A DNA stretch of 64,000 bases from the NCBI GenBank assembly GCA_039815185.1, contig JBCBZT010000005.1, positions 96,001 to 160,000 on the forward strand, written 5' to 3'. Source of the stretch: Cyanobacteria bacterium P01_A01_bin.123. GTDB taxonomy: Bacteria; Cyanobacteriota; Cyanobacteriia; Phormidesmidales; Phormidesmidaceae. Shown piece by piece: positions 51,042-59,940 of the stretch. Within the stretch, counting starts at the first letter, position 1; the number at the start of each line of letters is the position of its first letter. A model generated the notes under the pieces. It did not search any database, had not been told where the DNA came from, and worked only from the letters and a program-made list of their open reading frames with translations. The position numbers and the translations under genes were made by a program.

Positions 51042-51061
51042 AGTAAAAATCCTTGAAACGT

Positions 51062-51080
51062 TTCGCTGCGAGGATTCCTA
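51062..51080 (-). promoter_or_regulatory. late motif copy upstream of the 68-aa gene
   Basis: TAGGAATCCTC-GCAG-CGAA, 39 nt before ATG 51041. Confidence 0.75.
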
Positions 51081-51512
51081 GCCGACGCCGCGAATCATCA
51101 TGGGGAACTGAAAGCCTATTTCAAACTCCCAGTCCGAATCTGTTCGGCCAAGGAACTTGAAGCCGCTGCTGTAGCGCATTGCCCCGCATTTGGGCGGGCA
51201 GAATCCAATCAGATATTGGCTAATTTGGTTTTGTAGGTCGAACAAATCACCGTCGCCCCTCAGTCCACGTACCCGCCCGTAGATCGTGGCAATGCGGGTA
51301 ATAGCCTGAATTCGTCTATTGGCCCCAATCTTGCCCTGTGGCTTCTCGTCGAAACACACCAGGGTCAAAACCCCTTTACTCGTGGATTCTAGAAGCTCGC
51401 CGTACTCTTTGGGCTTCTCGGGCAAGGCATGGACGATCAGCCCGGTGTCGCGCAGGAATGCAAGCCGATCGACAATTGCTTGCTCGATCTCAACAGGATT
51501 GGGATTAGCCAT
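51078..51512 (-). CDS. tail terminator-like (Mu gp37-type) protein
   Basis: IEQAIVDRL...LIGFCPP; position before the tube gene. Confidence 0.65.
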   Translation of the reverse strand: MANPNPVEIEQAIVDRLAFLRDTGLIVHALPEKPKEYGELLESTSKGVLTLVCFDEKPQGKIGANRRIQAITRIATIYGRVRGLRGDGDLFDLQNQISQYLIGFCPPKCGAMRYSSGFKFLGRTDSDWEFEIGFQFPMMIRGVG

Positions 51513-51936
51513 CTACGTGCCTCTTCAGGATTTGCTCAATTGCATCGATATGCCGCTGGGCAAAGCCCATGTATCGGCGCTGCGGCATACGCTTAGTCCC
51601 TCGCTGATGCCAGAGTCCAGCGGTTCGATTAGCCGTCGTTTCTACACTTGACTGCGTTGCGCTGGCTGGGCGAGCTGTGATGCCAGAAACCAAGGAGCTG
51701 GTGTCTCTGAGGATGGCAGATGGAGCCTTGCGTTTCCGCTTCTGGATCAGTGTTGACTGCGCTAACGGTTGCCATGGGTTGCCGTCTGGGTCTTGCTGCT
51801 TGGCGAAGTTCTCCTTGGTCTGAGCCTCCATGTAAAGCGCTGCCTCGTTGAGCGCAGGCGTCCAATCCCTAGTCCGGTCTTCCACATCAGCGATCACCCG
51901 CAGCACTGCGTCGGCTTCGGTTTCAAGTTCAAACAT
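51505..51936 (-). CDS. phage virion morphogenesis/tail-completion protein
   Basis: NFAKQQDPDGNPWQPL..ST, ILRDT..L, HQRG...MPQRRYMG. Confidence 0.88.
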   Translation of the reverse strand: MFELETEADAVLRVIADVEDRTRDWTPALNEAALYMEAQTKENFAKQQDPDGNPWQPLAQSTLIQKRKRKAPSAILRDTSSLVSGITARPASATQSSVETTANRTAGLWHQRGTKRMPQRRYMGFAQRHIDAIEQILKRHVDG

Positions 51937-52318
51937 CGGAACTTTCCCCCCAAATCACACGAGCCTTAAATGTGCCGCTCAGCTTGGCCCCGAGCGCTGC
52001 TGTCACTGCTGTGTACGGCGACTGCACTACGGCAGCCAAGTAAAACTCACCCTGTAACTCGTCAATCGTTGCCGTGGCCTTACTCCCTGGCGGTAGAGAG
52101 GGAGGTAGCGCTGATGGATCAATACAACGCCCTTCAAGTTGAACCTCGTGAAGCTCGCTGCTGTTGTCGGATTGAGCGCGTGACGACTTCGGCACCAAGT
52201 AGGCACTCACTACCAGCGGCTGAGTGATCGTCGAGGGGTTCCCCAGGTTGTCTTCTTTTTTCTCGCCTATAGGCACCTGGAATGTGAGAGTGGCGTTTGC
52301 GGGAAAGACAGAAGCCAT
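51929..52318 (-). CDS. head-closure-like protein
   Basis: DNLGNP motif; position in the neck module. Confidence 0.6.
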   Translation of the reverse strand: MASVFPANATLTFQVPIGEKKEDNLGNPSTITQPLVVSAYLVPKSSRAQSDNSSELHEVQLEGRCIDPSALPPSLPPGSKATATIDELQGEFYLAAVVQSPYTAVTAALGAKLSGTFKARVIWGESSDV

Positions 52319-52335
52319 TTGGGTAGTGGCATAGC

Positions 52336-52379
52336 GTCGCTGCGAGAGTTCCTATTGGACTAGGAATTCTTAGATCGCA
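52336..52379. promoter_or_regulatory. back-to-back divergent late motif copies
   Basis: Minus TAGGAACTCTC-GCAG-CGAC (36 nt to ATG 52318); plus TAGGAATTCTT-AGAT-CGCA (38 nt to ATG 52399). Confidence 0.75.
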
Positions 52380-52398
52380 TTCCCCGCGTGATCGCTTT

Positions 52399-55300
52399 AT
52401 GGCAGCACCCAGCCTATCTGGATTGACAGCTTTTGTAACCACTCAAAGTGATTTGACCCCAGGGTCTGCTTACTCATCAGGATTTGCAGTGCATTCGGTT
52501 GCCAGTTCGACAACAACTTATGGGACTGGCCCACGCCTCAGAGGGTCTGCTGGCACGTCTTTACCCAACATAGGGACAGCTCGGTATGAGCCTGCATCTA
52601 GCTTTGACATGTCTGGCAGTGGTTGCTTGGTTGGAATGTTTCGATTGTCTTTTGATAACAGTGCAACGACGCAAGCCGAGAATGGCCTAATTGTTGGCTG
52701 GAGTGATGGTTCTTCGACCGAATTGTTTTCGATTAGTGGACTAGATTTGAGTCCAGAAGGAGATCCTTTTGATTATTTTGCTTTGTCTGGTGGCATTACC
52801 CCAGATCTTTCGGAAGGGTCGCCAAACCTAGGGAGTTTAACTCAAGCTATTTTCGGGGCGAGTAGAAACCTCGCGAGTGGGGGAACTGCCCCTAACTGGA
52901 TATTTGATCAGGTCTACTGGGTAAACGATTTAACTCTGTTAGACGGAGAAATAGCAAACCCATCTTCATTTTTGTGGCTTAAATCAGAGATTGACAATCT
53001 CACTCCAGCGCTTTCATCAAACATTGGGTCTGATCGGCAAATAAGTTTACCCTTTCCTCTAAAAAATCAAGCAGCTTACTTTAATTCTGAGGGAGAGTTT
53101 TTAGCTTTCCAGCAAAGCGACGGCATCAAGCGTCGGTACAAGTCAGGATTTTTAAGATATTTAATTGAGCCTTCGCTGGCGACCGATTATCAAAGGCATG
53201 CTTTTGGATCCTTGTCGTCTCCCGAAGCGTTTGACGTTGAGGTGTCGAGCTTAGCTCATGCTTCGGCCACCATTGAGATTGAGAGTTACTCATTCGTGTC
53301 GGGTGGTGGAACAGTAACTTATCGATCGCCAGTAGTGGTAGCTGGCGGGGCCGATTCTGGCTTCAACACTGTTCACTACATTGGTGGCTCGATTAGTAAT
53401 CGCCAGGTTTCTGGCGTATCTGGCAGAACAACTCAGGTGCAAATTGATTGCACTCCAGGTCAGGACTTAGGTGCGGTCGGCTTTCAATTAGGGAGTAATG
53501 CCCAGCTTGCCCTTAACCCCTCTAGCGCAGGTGCCAGCGCCATTGCTTTAACTGGTATATCTGCGACGGGGACTTTGGATGTCGTTAATCTGACATCGAA
53601 TGCCATCACTATTACGATCGCTTCGGGGCAGACGTTTACAACAGCCAATAACACGGGTGGAGTTGTGACGGTTCAGCAGCCCCAAATCGCACTGACAGCT
53701 CTCAACTTTGCCGATGGTGTTCGTGTGTTTGCGGCTCGGCAGCAAACTTTTCGAGTCAACAGCGCTGACATTAATACAGGGACAAACGAAATCACTCTAG
53801 GTGCCGATGACGAGACTGGAGCGACTTTTGCGGGGCAGACCACAAGCCCCGCAACGCTTCTGCTGCTGACACTGGCTGATGGGGCAACAATCCCCACAAC
53901 CAGCCCTCAGATCGAGAGTGGCAACCTGTACTACGTAGTTGCCAACACTGCTGGCGTCGTCCAGATTTCAGAGACCGAAGGCGGAACAGCAATTGCGTTT
54001 ACGGATGCTGGCACCGAAAGTGGTGGACAACTCCTTCAGCTCAAAGCCGAAACTGAGTTGATTAATGCGGTCGTGTCAGGGGGGGATGGACTGTCCAGCC
54101 CGCTCACACTACCCACTGGGGCAGTTCTCAGTGTTGCAGCGCAGCATCGCCCAAGCGCAGCATCTGCTAGCACCTTGTTTGAAAGACAGGTTTCCTGGGG
54201 GAGTGATGGGGCTGCGATCACAGAGACCTTTTCGGCGACAAACAACCCTGACACTTTGCATAACGCTTTGGTTGGGGCGACTATTCAAAGCAATAGTGGT
54301 CTTGCGGTCACTGTCACCAGCGACGGGGCGACGGTTGCTGGGCTCGCATTTGACCTGAGTGGCGACATTCAAGTTGATGCGAACGCCATTACAGATGCCG
54401 TCATATCTTTCCCAGACGGCTACCTGTGGATGGTCTATATGCGCTCCACAGAGATGGGGATCAGGTTTATCAGGAACCAATTCACTGCGGTTGGGCTGAT
54501 GGACTTCCGGTTTAACTCAGGTCTAACCATTGACAATGTTGCTGATGGCATCCGGAACTCGCCTGCTACGACACTGACGGTATACGGCAATGTTCAGCCA
54601 ACAACAGGCTCAACTGTTGTAGCTACTGAGTCTGGGACGATTCACATTGTCCCGTTCTTTGTGACAAGTATTGCTTCAGCGGGCGGAGGCAGCAGTGCCC
54701 CAACTGTCGAGCAGATTTGGACGCATAGCGATCGCACTCTAACGGGTTCCCAGGCAACCAACATCGCCGCCCTGGGAACACCTAATACTTTTAAGGCCGA
54801 TGTTTCAGGCTTGAGCACGTTTGACCCGGCAACTCAGACAGTTGATGTCGGCAGGGTCGCTGGCAATGCTGTTACTGGAACAGGGGATTTTCAGGCTGAT
54901 CTGTCGGGACTGACGACGGCAGTTGGCAATATCCCTACCAACCCATTGCTCACTACGGATATGAGGCTAAACAACCTGAATGCTCCGATCGGTGATATCC
55001 CGACTACTGCCCCGCTCGATGCTGCGGCAATTCAGAGCGCAGCCGCAGCAGCTCTGACAGCCTATGACCCGCCAACACGAGCAGAGTTGACGGCTGACAA
55101 AGCTGAAGTACTCCTAGCCATCAATGGTCTCCCCGCCCCCAGTAATGCAACCTTAGCCAATCAGCAAGCCATCTTGACTGCCGTAGGTGCTTTGCCTCAA
55201 AGCAAGGAGGGATATAGCCTGAGCGCTGCTGGGGTTACTGCCGTACAGTCTGGTCTTGCAACTCCTACCGACGTCACCGTGACCGTTGATGGTGGTTTCA

Positions 55301-55467
55301 CCGCGAGCGATCGCACCCTTATCACTGACACCAATAAGCAGGTGAAAGCCGATGAAGTGAAAACCGCAACCACCTACCAGCGCAAGGAGGCAGGCACCGA
55401 AACGGTCATCCTCAATAAGACGATCGACATCCAGGGCGACAACGTCACTGTCACCAATGCCCCATGA
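52399..55467 (+). CDS. large phage fibre/virion appendage protein
   Basis: 1022 aa rich in T/S/G/A; F(K/Q)AD(V/L)SGL repeats; IWTHSDRTLT. Confidence 0.7.
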   Translation: MAAPSLSGLTAFVTTQSDLTPGSAYSSGFAVHSVASSTTTYGTGPRLRGSAGTSLPNIGTARYEPASSFDMSGSGCLVGMFRLSFDNSATTQAENGLIVGWSDGSSTELFSISGLDLSPEGDPFDYFALSGGITPDLSEGSPNLGSLTQAIFGASRNLASGGTAPNWIFDQVYWVNDLTLLDGEIANPSSFLWLKSEIDNLTPALSSNIGSDRQISLPFPLKNQAAYFNSEGEFLAFQQSDGIKRRYKSGFLRYLIEPSLATDYQRHAFGSLSSPEAFDVEVSSLAHASATIEIESYSFVSGGGTVTYRSPVVVAGGADSGFNTVHYIGGSISNRQVSGVSGRTTQVQIDCTPGQDLGAVGFQLGSNAQLALNPSSAGASAIALTGISATGTLDVVNLTSNAITITIASGQTFTTANNTGGVVTVQQPQIALTALNFADGVRVFAARQQTFRVNSADINTGTNEITLGADDETGATFAGQTTSPATLLLLTLADGATIPTTSPQIESGNLYYVVANTAGVVQISETEGGTAIAFTDAGTESGGQLLQLKAETELINAVVSGGDGLSSPLTLPTGAVLSVAAQHRPSAASASTLFERQVSWGSDGAAITETFSATNNPDTLHNALVGATIQSNSGLAVTVTSDGATVAGLAFDLSGDIQVDANAITDAVISFPDGYLWMVYMRSTEMGIRFIRNQFTAVGLMDFRFNSGLTIDNVADGIRNSPATTLTVYGNVQPTTGSTVVATESGTIHIVPFFVTSIASAGGGSSAPTVEQIWTHSDRTLTGSQATNIAALGTPNTFKADVSGLSTFDPATQTVDVGRVAGNAVTGTGDFQADLSGLTTAVGNIPTNPLLTTDMRLNNLNAPIGDIPTTAPLDAAAIQSAAAAALTAYDPPTRAELTADKAEVLLAINGLPAPSNATLANQQAILTAVGALPQSKEGYSLSAAGVTAVQSGLATPTDVTVTVDGGFTASDRTLITDTNKQVKADEVKTATTYQRKEAGTETVILNKTIDIQGDNVTVTNAP

Positions 55468-56192
55468 CGGTCTTAGCCCGATACCTCAGCAACGGCGCGA
55501 CTCAATACCTGGCAATCGCGCTGGGCTTTCAATCGGTTGTTGCAGATCAGGAACTCTCCCTGCAGGAACTCCTGTTTTTTGCCCGCTCTGTCAACGCTGA
55601 GATGAATCCAGGTATTTTCAATCTGCATATTCCGCAGGGCACGGATTACACCCTAGCGGTGACTGTGACAGGCGGCCCATCATTTAGGGCCCTGGCCACA
55701 AGTGCGGGCACAAACCAGATTCAGCTAATCGATCAGCTCTCTATCTCCCTCAGCACGAATGATAAGGTGGCGTTCGGCAATGCGATCGGAACCATTACGG
55801 CAGATGCAGGGCTGGGGTCAAAATCCCTGAATATTTCCCCGCTACTGTTTGATATCCCCCGCAACACTAAGGGCCAGAAGGTTTCTGACGTCACAGGGCA
55901 AACGGCAGAGGCTAAAATCTATAGCGACCTGGGGCAAACGGCAGTGGTGACCCTTACCGCAAACCTGACTGATGCCCCGACAGATGGGTTGATCCGGTTG
56001 AGTCTCTCTGATGCTCAGACCGCATCGCTTGCTGCGAATCTACCCGCTGGTGAATTCCTGACCGAGACAGAGATTCAATCTCGCAAGTACAGTGGCTCAG
56101 AATACCTCTGGCAGCTTGAGCTAACTGACACGAATGCCATTACCCGGCGCGTGCTTCAGGGTATTGTCCTCGTTTCGCCACAGGGGGTCTAA
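55464..56192 (+). CDS. phage structural protein (BppU-N-like adaptor)
   Basis: LHIPQGTDY...GLIRLSLSDAQTASL...WQLEL...RVLQGIV; ATGA-coupled. Confidence 0.65.
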   Translation: MTVLARYLSNGATQYLAIALGFQSVVADQELSLQELLFFARSVNAEMNPGIFNLHIPQGTDYTLAVTVTGGPSFRALATSAGTNQIQLIDQLSISLSTNDKVAFGNAIGTITADAGLGSKSLNISPLLFDIPRNTKGQKVSDVTGQTAEAKIYSDLGQTAVVTLTANLTDAPTDGLIRLSLSDAQTASLAANLPAGEFLTETEIQSRKYSGSEYLWQLELTDTNAITRRVLQGIVLVSPQGV

Positions 56193-56644
56193 TGGCTGAG
56201 CAGAGCGTTTGCGTTGCAATCACACCAGAGGTTGCTGGGGTCAGGATTGGTCATGGCTTCCCAATCCAAATCAATGGCAGCACTCAGGATGGCACGTTCT
56301 TAGCGCCGTCTTACCCGGCATCAGCAACCCTTTCGGCCCTGCGCGTCGTAACCCTCAATAGCAGCAATCAATGGGTTTATGCCGACAAAGACACCAGTGG
56401 TCATATCAATACAGCGATCGCGTTGCTGACTACAGCAGTCAACTCTGGCAGCTCAGTCCGTCCGGTGTTGCAAGGCTTGGTCGCCGATAGCAGTTGGAGC
56501 TGGTCTTTAGATACCCTCCTGTGGCTTGGTGCCAATGGGTTGTTAACCCAGACTCCACCAACGACAGGGTTTCTGAGGCAACTCGCCACGATTGTTAGCC
56601 CCACTCAAATCAACTTCAACCCACAGGAGGGTATTTCGTTGTGA
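56192..56644 (+). CDS. phage structural protein (capsid-fibre/cement-like)
   Basis: LSALRVV...LWLGANGLLTQTPPTTGF; TAATG-coupled. Confidence 0.7.
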   Translation: MAEQSVCVAITPEVAGVRIGHGFPIQINGSTQDGTFLAPSYPASATLSALRVVTLNSSNQWVYADKDTSGHINTAIALLTTAVNSGSSVRPVLQGLVADSSWSWSLDTLLWLGANGLLTQTPPTTGFLRQLATIVSPTQINFNPQEGISL

Positions 56645-57144
56645 GTTCAAACAGATTTCTCAGTGTCGTTAGCGGGGTCAAAACCCTGCTAACCGCGATT
56701 GCAACTTCGGCTGGTGCGGGTGACGCCAATAAAATTATCGCCACTGACGGTAGTGGCAAAATCGACATCACCTTTATGCCTTCTGGGGTTGGCGCAGATA
56801 CCCTCAGTATTGAGGCAAGCGAGAACTTGAGTGCCGGCGACTTCATTAATATCCACGATGTAAGCGGGGCAAGGGTTCGCAAGGCCGACAACTCCAACAC
56901 TCGCCCTGCTCATGGCTTTGTCCTTAGCTCGGTTACTAGCGGCGCTAACGCGACCGTCTACCTCTCCGGTGCCAACACTGGGTTAACAAGCTTAACGCCA
57001 GGTACGCGCTATTACCTGGGCACTGCCGGGGCCGCTACGGCAACTGCCCCCAGTGCATCAGGGGAAATTGTTCAGTATCTGGGCGCGGCAAATAGCACCA
57101 CAAGCTTGGTGTTTGAAGATAACGAGTACACCGCGATCTCATAA
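56641..57144 (+). CDS. phage structural protein, paralogous to the preceding gene
   Basis: ASENLSAGDFINI...LTPGTRYYLG; GGAGG RBS. Confidence 0.75.
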   Translation: MSSNRFLSVVSGVKTLLTAIATSAGAGDANKIIATDGSGKIDITFMPSGVGADTLSIEASENLSAGDFINIHDVSGARVRKADNSNTRPAHGFVLSSVTSGANATVYLSGANTGLTSLTPGTRYYLGTAGAATATAPSASGEIVQYLGAANSTTSLVFEDNEYTAIS

Positions 57145-57146
57145 GT

Positions 57147-57629
57147 ATGGCCAAGACCCTGATTGAGCTAGCAAGCGGCATCCGTCGAGCCAGCGTTGAA
57201 CTCTCGACATACTTTGAAGGGCTGATGAATGCTGCCGATGCGGCTGCTGTGAGGACGGCGTTATCGGCGGCGGCTCTCAATGTGGCTCAAGCATTCACTA
57301 AGGGGCAGCGATCAGCGCCTGTCGCTCTATCCATTAGTAGCGGTGTTGTCGCAATCGACGCCAGCGCTTCAAATATTTTTACCCTAAGCCTCACCGAAAA
57401 TGTGACCAGTGTCACGCTCAGCAACTTAGCGGCAGGCACTAATTTCGACCTGCATATCACCCAGGATGCGACTGGTGGGCGTACTGTAGTGGGTTGGGCT
57501 GCTGCCTTTAAATGGCCTGGGGGGACAGCGCCGACAATAACCAGTGCTGCCAATGCCGAGGACTTCATCAGCTTTGAGTCGGCGGATGGTACGACAGTTA
57601 AAGGCTTCTATGCACAGGACTTCGGCTGA
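57147..57629 (+). CDS. phage fibre-type protein
   Basis: ITQDATGGRTV..W...KWPGGTAPTIT motif, common in tail-fibre proteins. Confidence 0.75.
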   Translation: MAKTLIELASGIRRASVELSTYFEGLMNAADAAAVRTALSAAALNVAQAFTKGQRSAPVALSISSGVVAIDASASNIFTLSLTENVTSVTLSNLAAGTNFDLHITQDATGGRTVVGWAAAFKWPGGTAPTITSAANAEDFISFESADGTTVKGFYAQDFG

Positions 57630-58360
57630 TGAGCGTATTGACGGTACCTGCTGCGATCACGTCTCAACAAGCATCAGTTGCTAGCCCACTACTCACCGAT
57701 CTTCTGTTATGGGCAGAGAACTACAGTCAAGGAACATGGGCCGATAGCCATAGCAGCGGTAACGACCTAACAATGATTGGAACCGTAGCAGATGATGGCG
57801 CTGGCTCTGCCGTTTATGGCAGCAGCACAAGCAACTACCATGCTTCAACATCGAACGATGCCTTGCGCACCATCTCTACATCTTCGTTTAGCTTCTCTCT
57901 TGTTGTAACGGTGACGAGCAGTTCAACTTTTAGCAACAGTGGCGTTGTTGCAAGTGTTTATCGAGCGTCAGGGAACAGCCGGGGATGGTTTGTTGACTTC
58001 CCGAACAACACCACGGCTCGGTTCCTGACCTCTGAGAACGGGCAAAGTGGTGGAAGCCTGAACATCGTCAGCGTTGCCACCAGTATAAGCCTGGACACTG
58101 AATACACAGTTCAGGGCTACTACGATTCTGAAAACGATCAGATCGCCATCCGAGTGAATGATGGGGCATTTGGTGTTACGACTGGCGTCACCGTGATCAA
58201 CACCTCTACTTCCGATTTCCGCCTAGGTCAGATTGCTGATCCGGGTAATCGCTTCATCGGCGAAATCAGGAAAGTCATTCTGTGGGGTCGAAAGCTTTCG
58301 ACCATCGAATTCGATCAGGTGTATAACGGTGGTAGCCCGATTGGTTACCCTGGCCCATGA
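57629..58360 (+). CDS. LamG/concanavalin A-like lectin-domain protein
   Basis: FRLG...FIGEIRKVILWGRKLS..E...VYNGG C-terminal signature. Confidence 0.75.
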   Translation: MSVLTVPAAITSQQASVASPLLTDLLLWAENYSQGTWADSHSSGNDLTMIGTVADDGAGSAVYGSSTSNYHASTSNDALRTISTSSFSFSLVVTVTSSSTFSNSGVVASVYRASGNSRGWFVDFPNNTTARFLTSENGQSGGSLNIVSVATSISLDTEYTVQGYYDSENDQIAIRVNDGAFGVTTGVTVINTSTSDFRLGQIADPGNRFIGEIRKVILWGRKLSTIEFDQVYNGGSPIGYPGP

Positions 58361-58851
58361 CGTTGTCTCAAATCGATACAAAAATGAGACGCCTGTTTTA
58401 GCCCGCTGGTTAGTGTGCCAATTTAAGAAATTCGATGGGCTACTTTAGGACTAAGTGTGACAGTTGGGGGTATGTGCCAGTTGGCTGAACCCCTTTAAAT
58501 CTCATTAAGTCCACGAAGAGGACAGCAAAACGCCAAGCCTCTTTCATATCAATGCTTTCGGGTACTTTTAGGGCTTTGACTAGTTGCCTGTTAAGCAAAC
58601 ATTATCAGCCTGGACTAGGCTAAATCCCTCGTCTCACAGGTGTCTCATCAATTCAAGCGCTACGATTGGGCCGACGATCGTTGAGGTTCGATGTGTCCCC
58701 TGTATTCATCTGGCAACGCAACGCTGGCCCATGGGAGACGATTGCGGAGGGTGAAAACCTGAGGCTTGGCTTCCCCCTTCAATACAACGGCAAGTCGTGG
58801 CCAGAAATCGCGATCGAAGGCTGGCGCGGCGTCTACATTACTCAATCGCAA

Positions 58852-58903
58852 AATGTTCGCCATGAACAATTCCGGAATTCCGTAAAAGTTCACGGCGAAC
58901 ATT
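58852..58903 (-). terminator. 16-bp hairpin directly after the head-tail adaptor stop codon
   Basis: AATGTTCGCCATGAAC-N20-GTTCACGGCGAACATT; the single mismatch is a G:U pair on the minus strand. Confidence 0.55.
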
Positions 58904-59299
58904 CTAGGGTCTGAGGCTCGGGATGAATGATCGCGTCCCCCGTCGCCTCGCTGCAACCCCATCGCACTTAACGCAGTCAAGGGCTGCTGCTTCAAATCCA
59001 GTCGGCACGCTCAGCCCCTTCGCTGAATCGTAAGAGGCTTGCAATGCCAGTAGCGATTCAATAGGCTTGGCTAACCCGGTGAACTTGGCCCCATCCGCCT
59101 CAGTTAAGGTCTGCGCGGTTTGGTTCTGTTCTAACCACTTGGCGGCTACGTAGAAGGGGCGGTAGTGAGTTACGGCCCCGACATCTACCCCCGCGCTCAT
59201 CACCAGCAGTTCGGTTAGGTAGGCATCATCCGCAGCACTGGCCCCACTACGTTCTTTGGCACGGGCGAGGGCGTCAGTTATCACAAGGTAGGTGGTCAC
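58904..59299 (-). CDS. head-tail adaptor-like protein
   Basis: Helical 131-aa protein downstream of the capsid gene. Confidence 0.6.
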   Translation of the reverse strand: MTTYLVITDALARAKERSGASAADDAYLTELLVMSAGVDVGAVTHYRPFYVAAKWLEQNQTAQTLTEADGAKFTGLAKPIESLLALQASYDSAKGLSVPTGFEAAALDCVKCDGVAARRRGTRSFIPSLRP

Positions 59300-59302
59300 C
59301 TG

Positions 59303-59533
59303 CTAGAGCCTCACTACCCAGTCTTCAGCTAGAACGTCGCTTTGAGATGTTACCCAAGGAACAAGATCGCCTTGGGCGGTCTTTATGAAGATGTAGGGCA
59401 GGGTCATTTTTGAGTGTTCATCTGGGCGTTGCAGCTCTAAGTACATTCCTTTGCCGTTCCATCCGGCGCGATGAGCTTGTCCGCCCCTCTTCAGGGCATG
59501 TAATGCGTCGCCAAAATCCAATGGTGTGCTCAT
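59303..59533 (-). CDS. tad2: DUF2829-family protein (Tad2-like anti-defence sponge)
   Basis: FGDAL..LK.G....RAGWNGKGMYL...PYI......G..VPW..SQSDVLAEDW. Confidence 0.85.
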   Translation of the reverse strand: MSTPLDFGDALHALKRGGQAHRAGWNGKGMYLELQRPDEHSKMTLPYIFIKTAQGDLVPWVTSQSDVLAEDWVVRL

Positions 59534-59928
59534 TGTTGTTCCTCTAGGTTGATTTCGATAAGCTCTTGAGCAATCTCGGGGCTGAACTCCTTCTCAATGA
59601 TTCGCAGGAAGCTAGCATCCCATCCATCAGGATGCTTTTGGGCTCCGACGCGATCGCCGATTTCCTTGATAGCTGCCCAGTCGCGCTTGCCTTCAGCGTC
59701 ATAGATGCGCTTCAGTTCTTCAAGGCGTTCTGCCGCCATTCTTAGCAGGGCATCTTGAGTTGGCTGTGGCGACTCAGGCTTACCCTGTTCAGCGACCGGA
59801 ATTCCGGTCGTGGCCTCCAGGCCCAGCGCGATCGCCAGATCCTGAGGCACAAAGGTACAGCCAGCAGGGTAACGTTTCCCGCGCCATCCCGTTGATTCAG
59901 TGAGGGGTGGTATCTCAACAAAACTCAT
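59530..59928 (-). CDS. phage hypothetical protein
   Basis: 132-aa ORF coupled to the next gene. Confidence 0.75.
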   Translation of the reverse strand: MSFVEIPPLTESTGWRGKRYPAGCTFVPQDLAIALGLEATTGIPVAEQGKPESPQPTQDALLRMAAERLEELKRIYDAEGKRDWAAIKEIGDRVGAQKHPDGWDASFLRIIEKEFSPEIAQELIEINLEEQQ

Positions 59929-59940
59929 TGGTTGACCCCC

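Noticed and set aside
54790..54920. Diversity-generating retroelement TR/VR pair
   Set aside because: In-frame protein repeats differing at non-adenine positions; no reverse transcriptase seen
52355..58900. Gin/Cin-type invertible fibre cassette
   Set aside because: No recombinase in the window and no matching inverted sites at both ends; the module has its own motif copy in its present orientation
58660..58995. Overlapping ORFs of 111 aa (-) and 82 aa (+)
   Set aside because: Mutually overlapping, cross a hairpin and the adaptor gene, and show no recognisable motif; a GTG-started plus ORF at 58693 remains possible but unsupported
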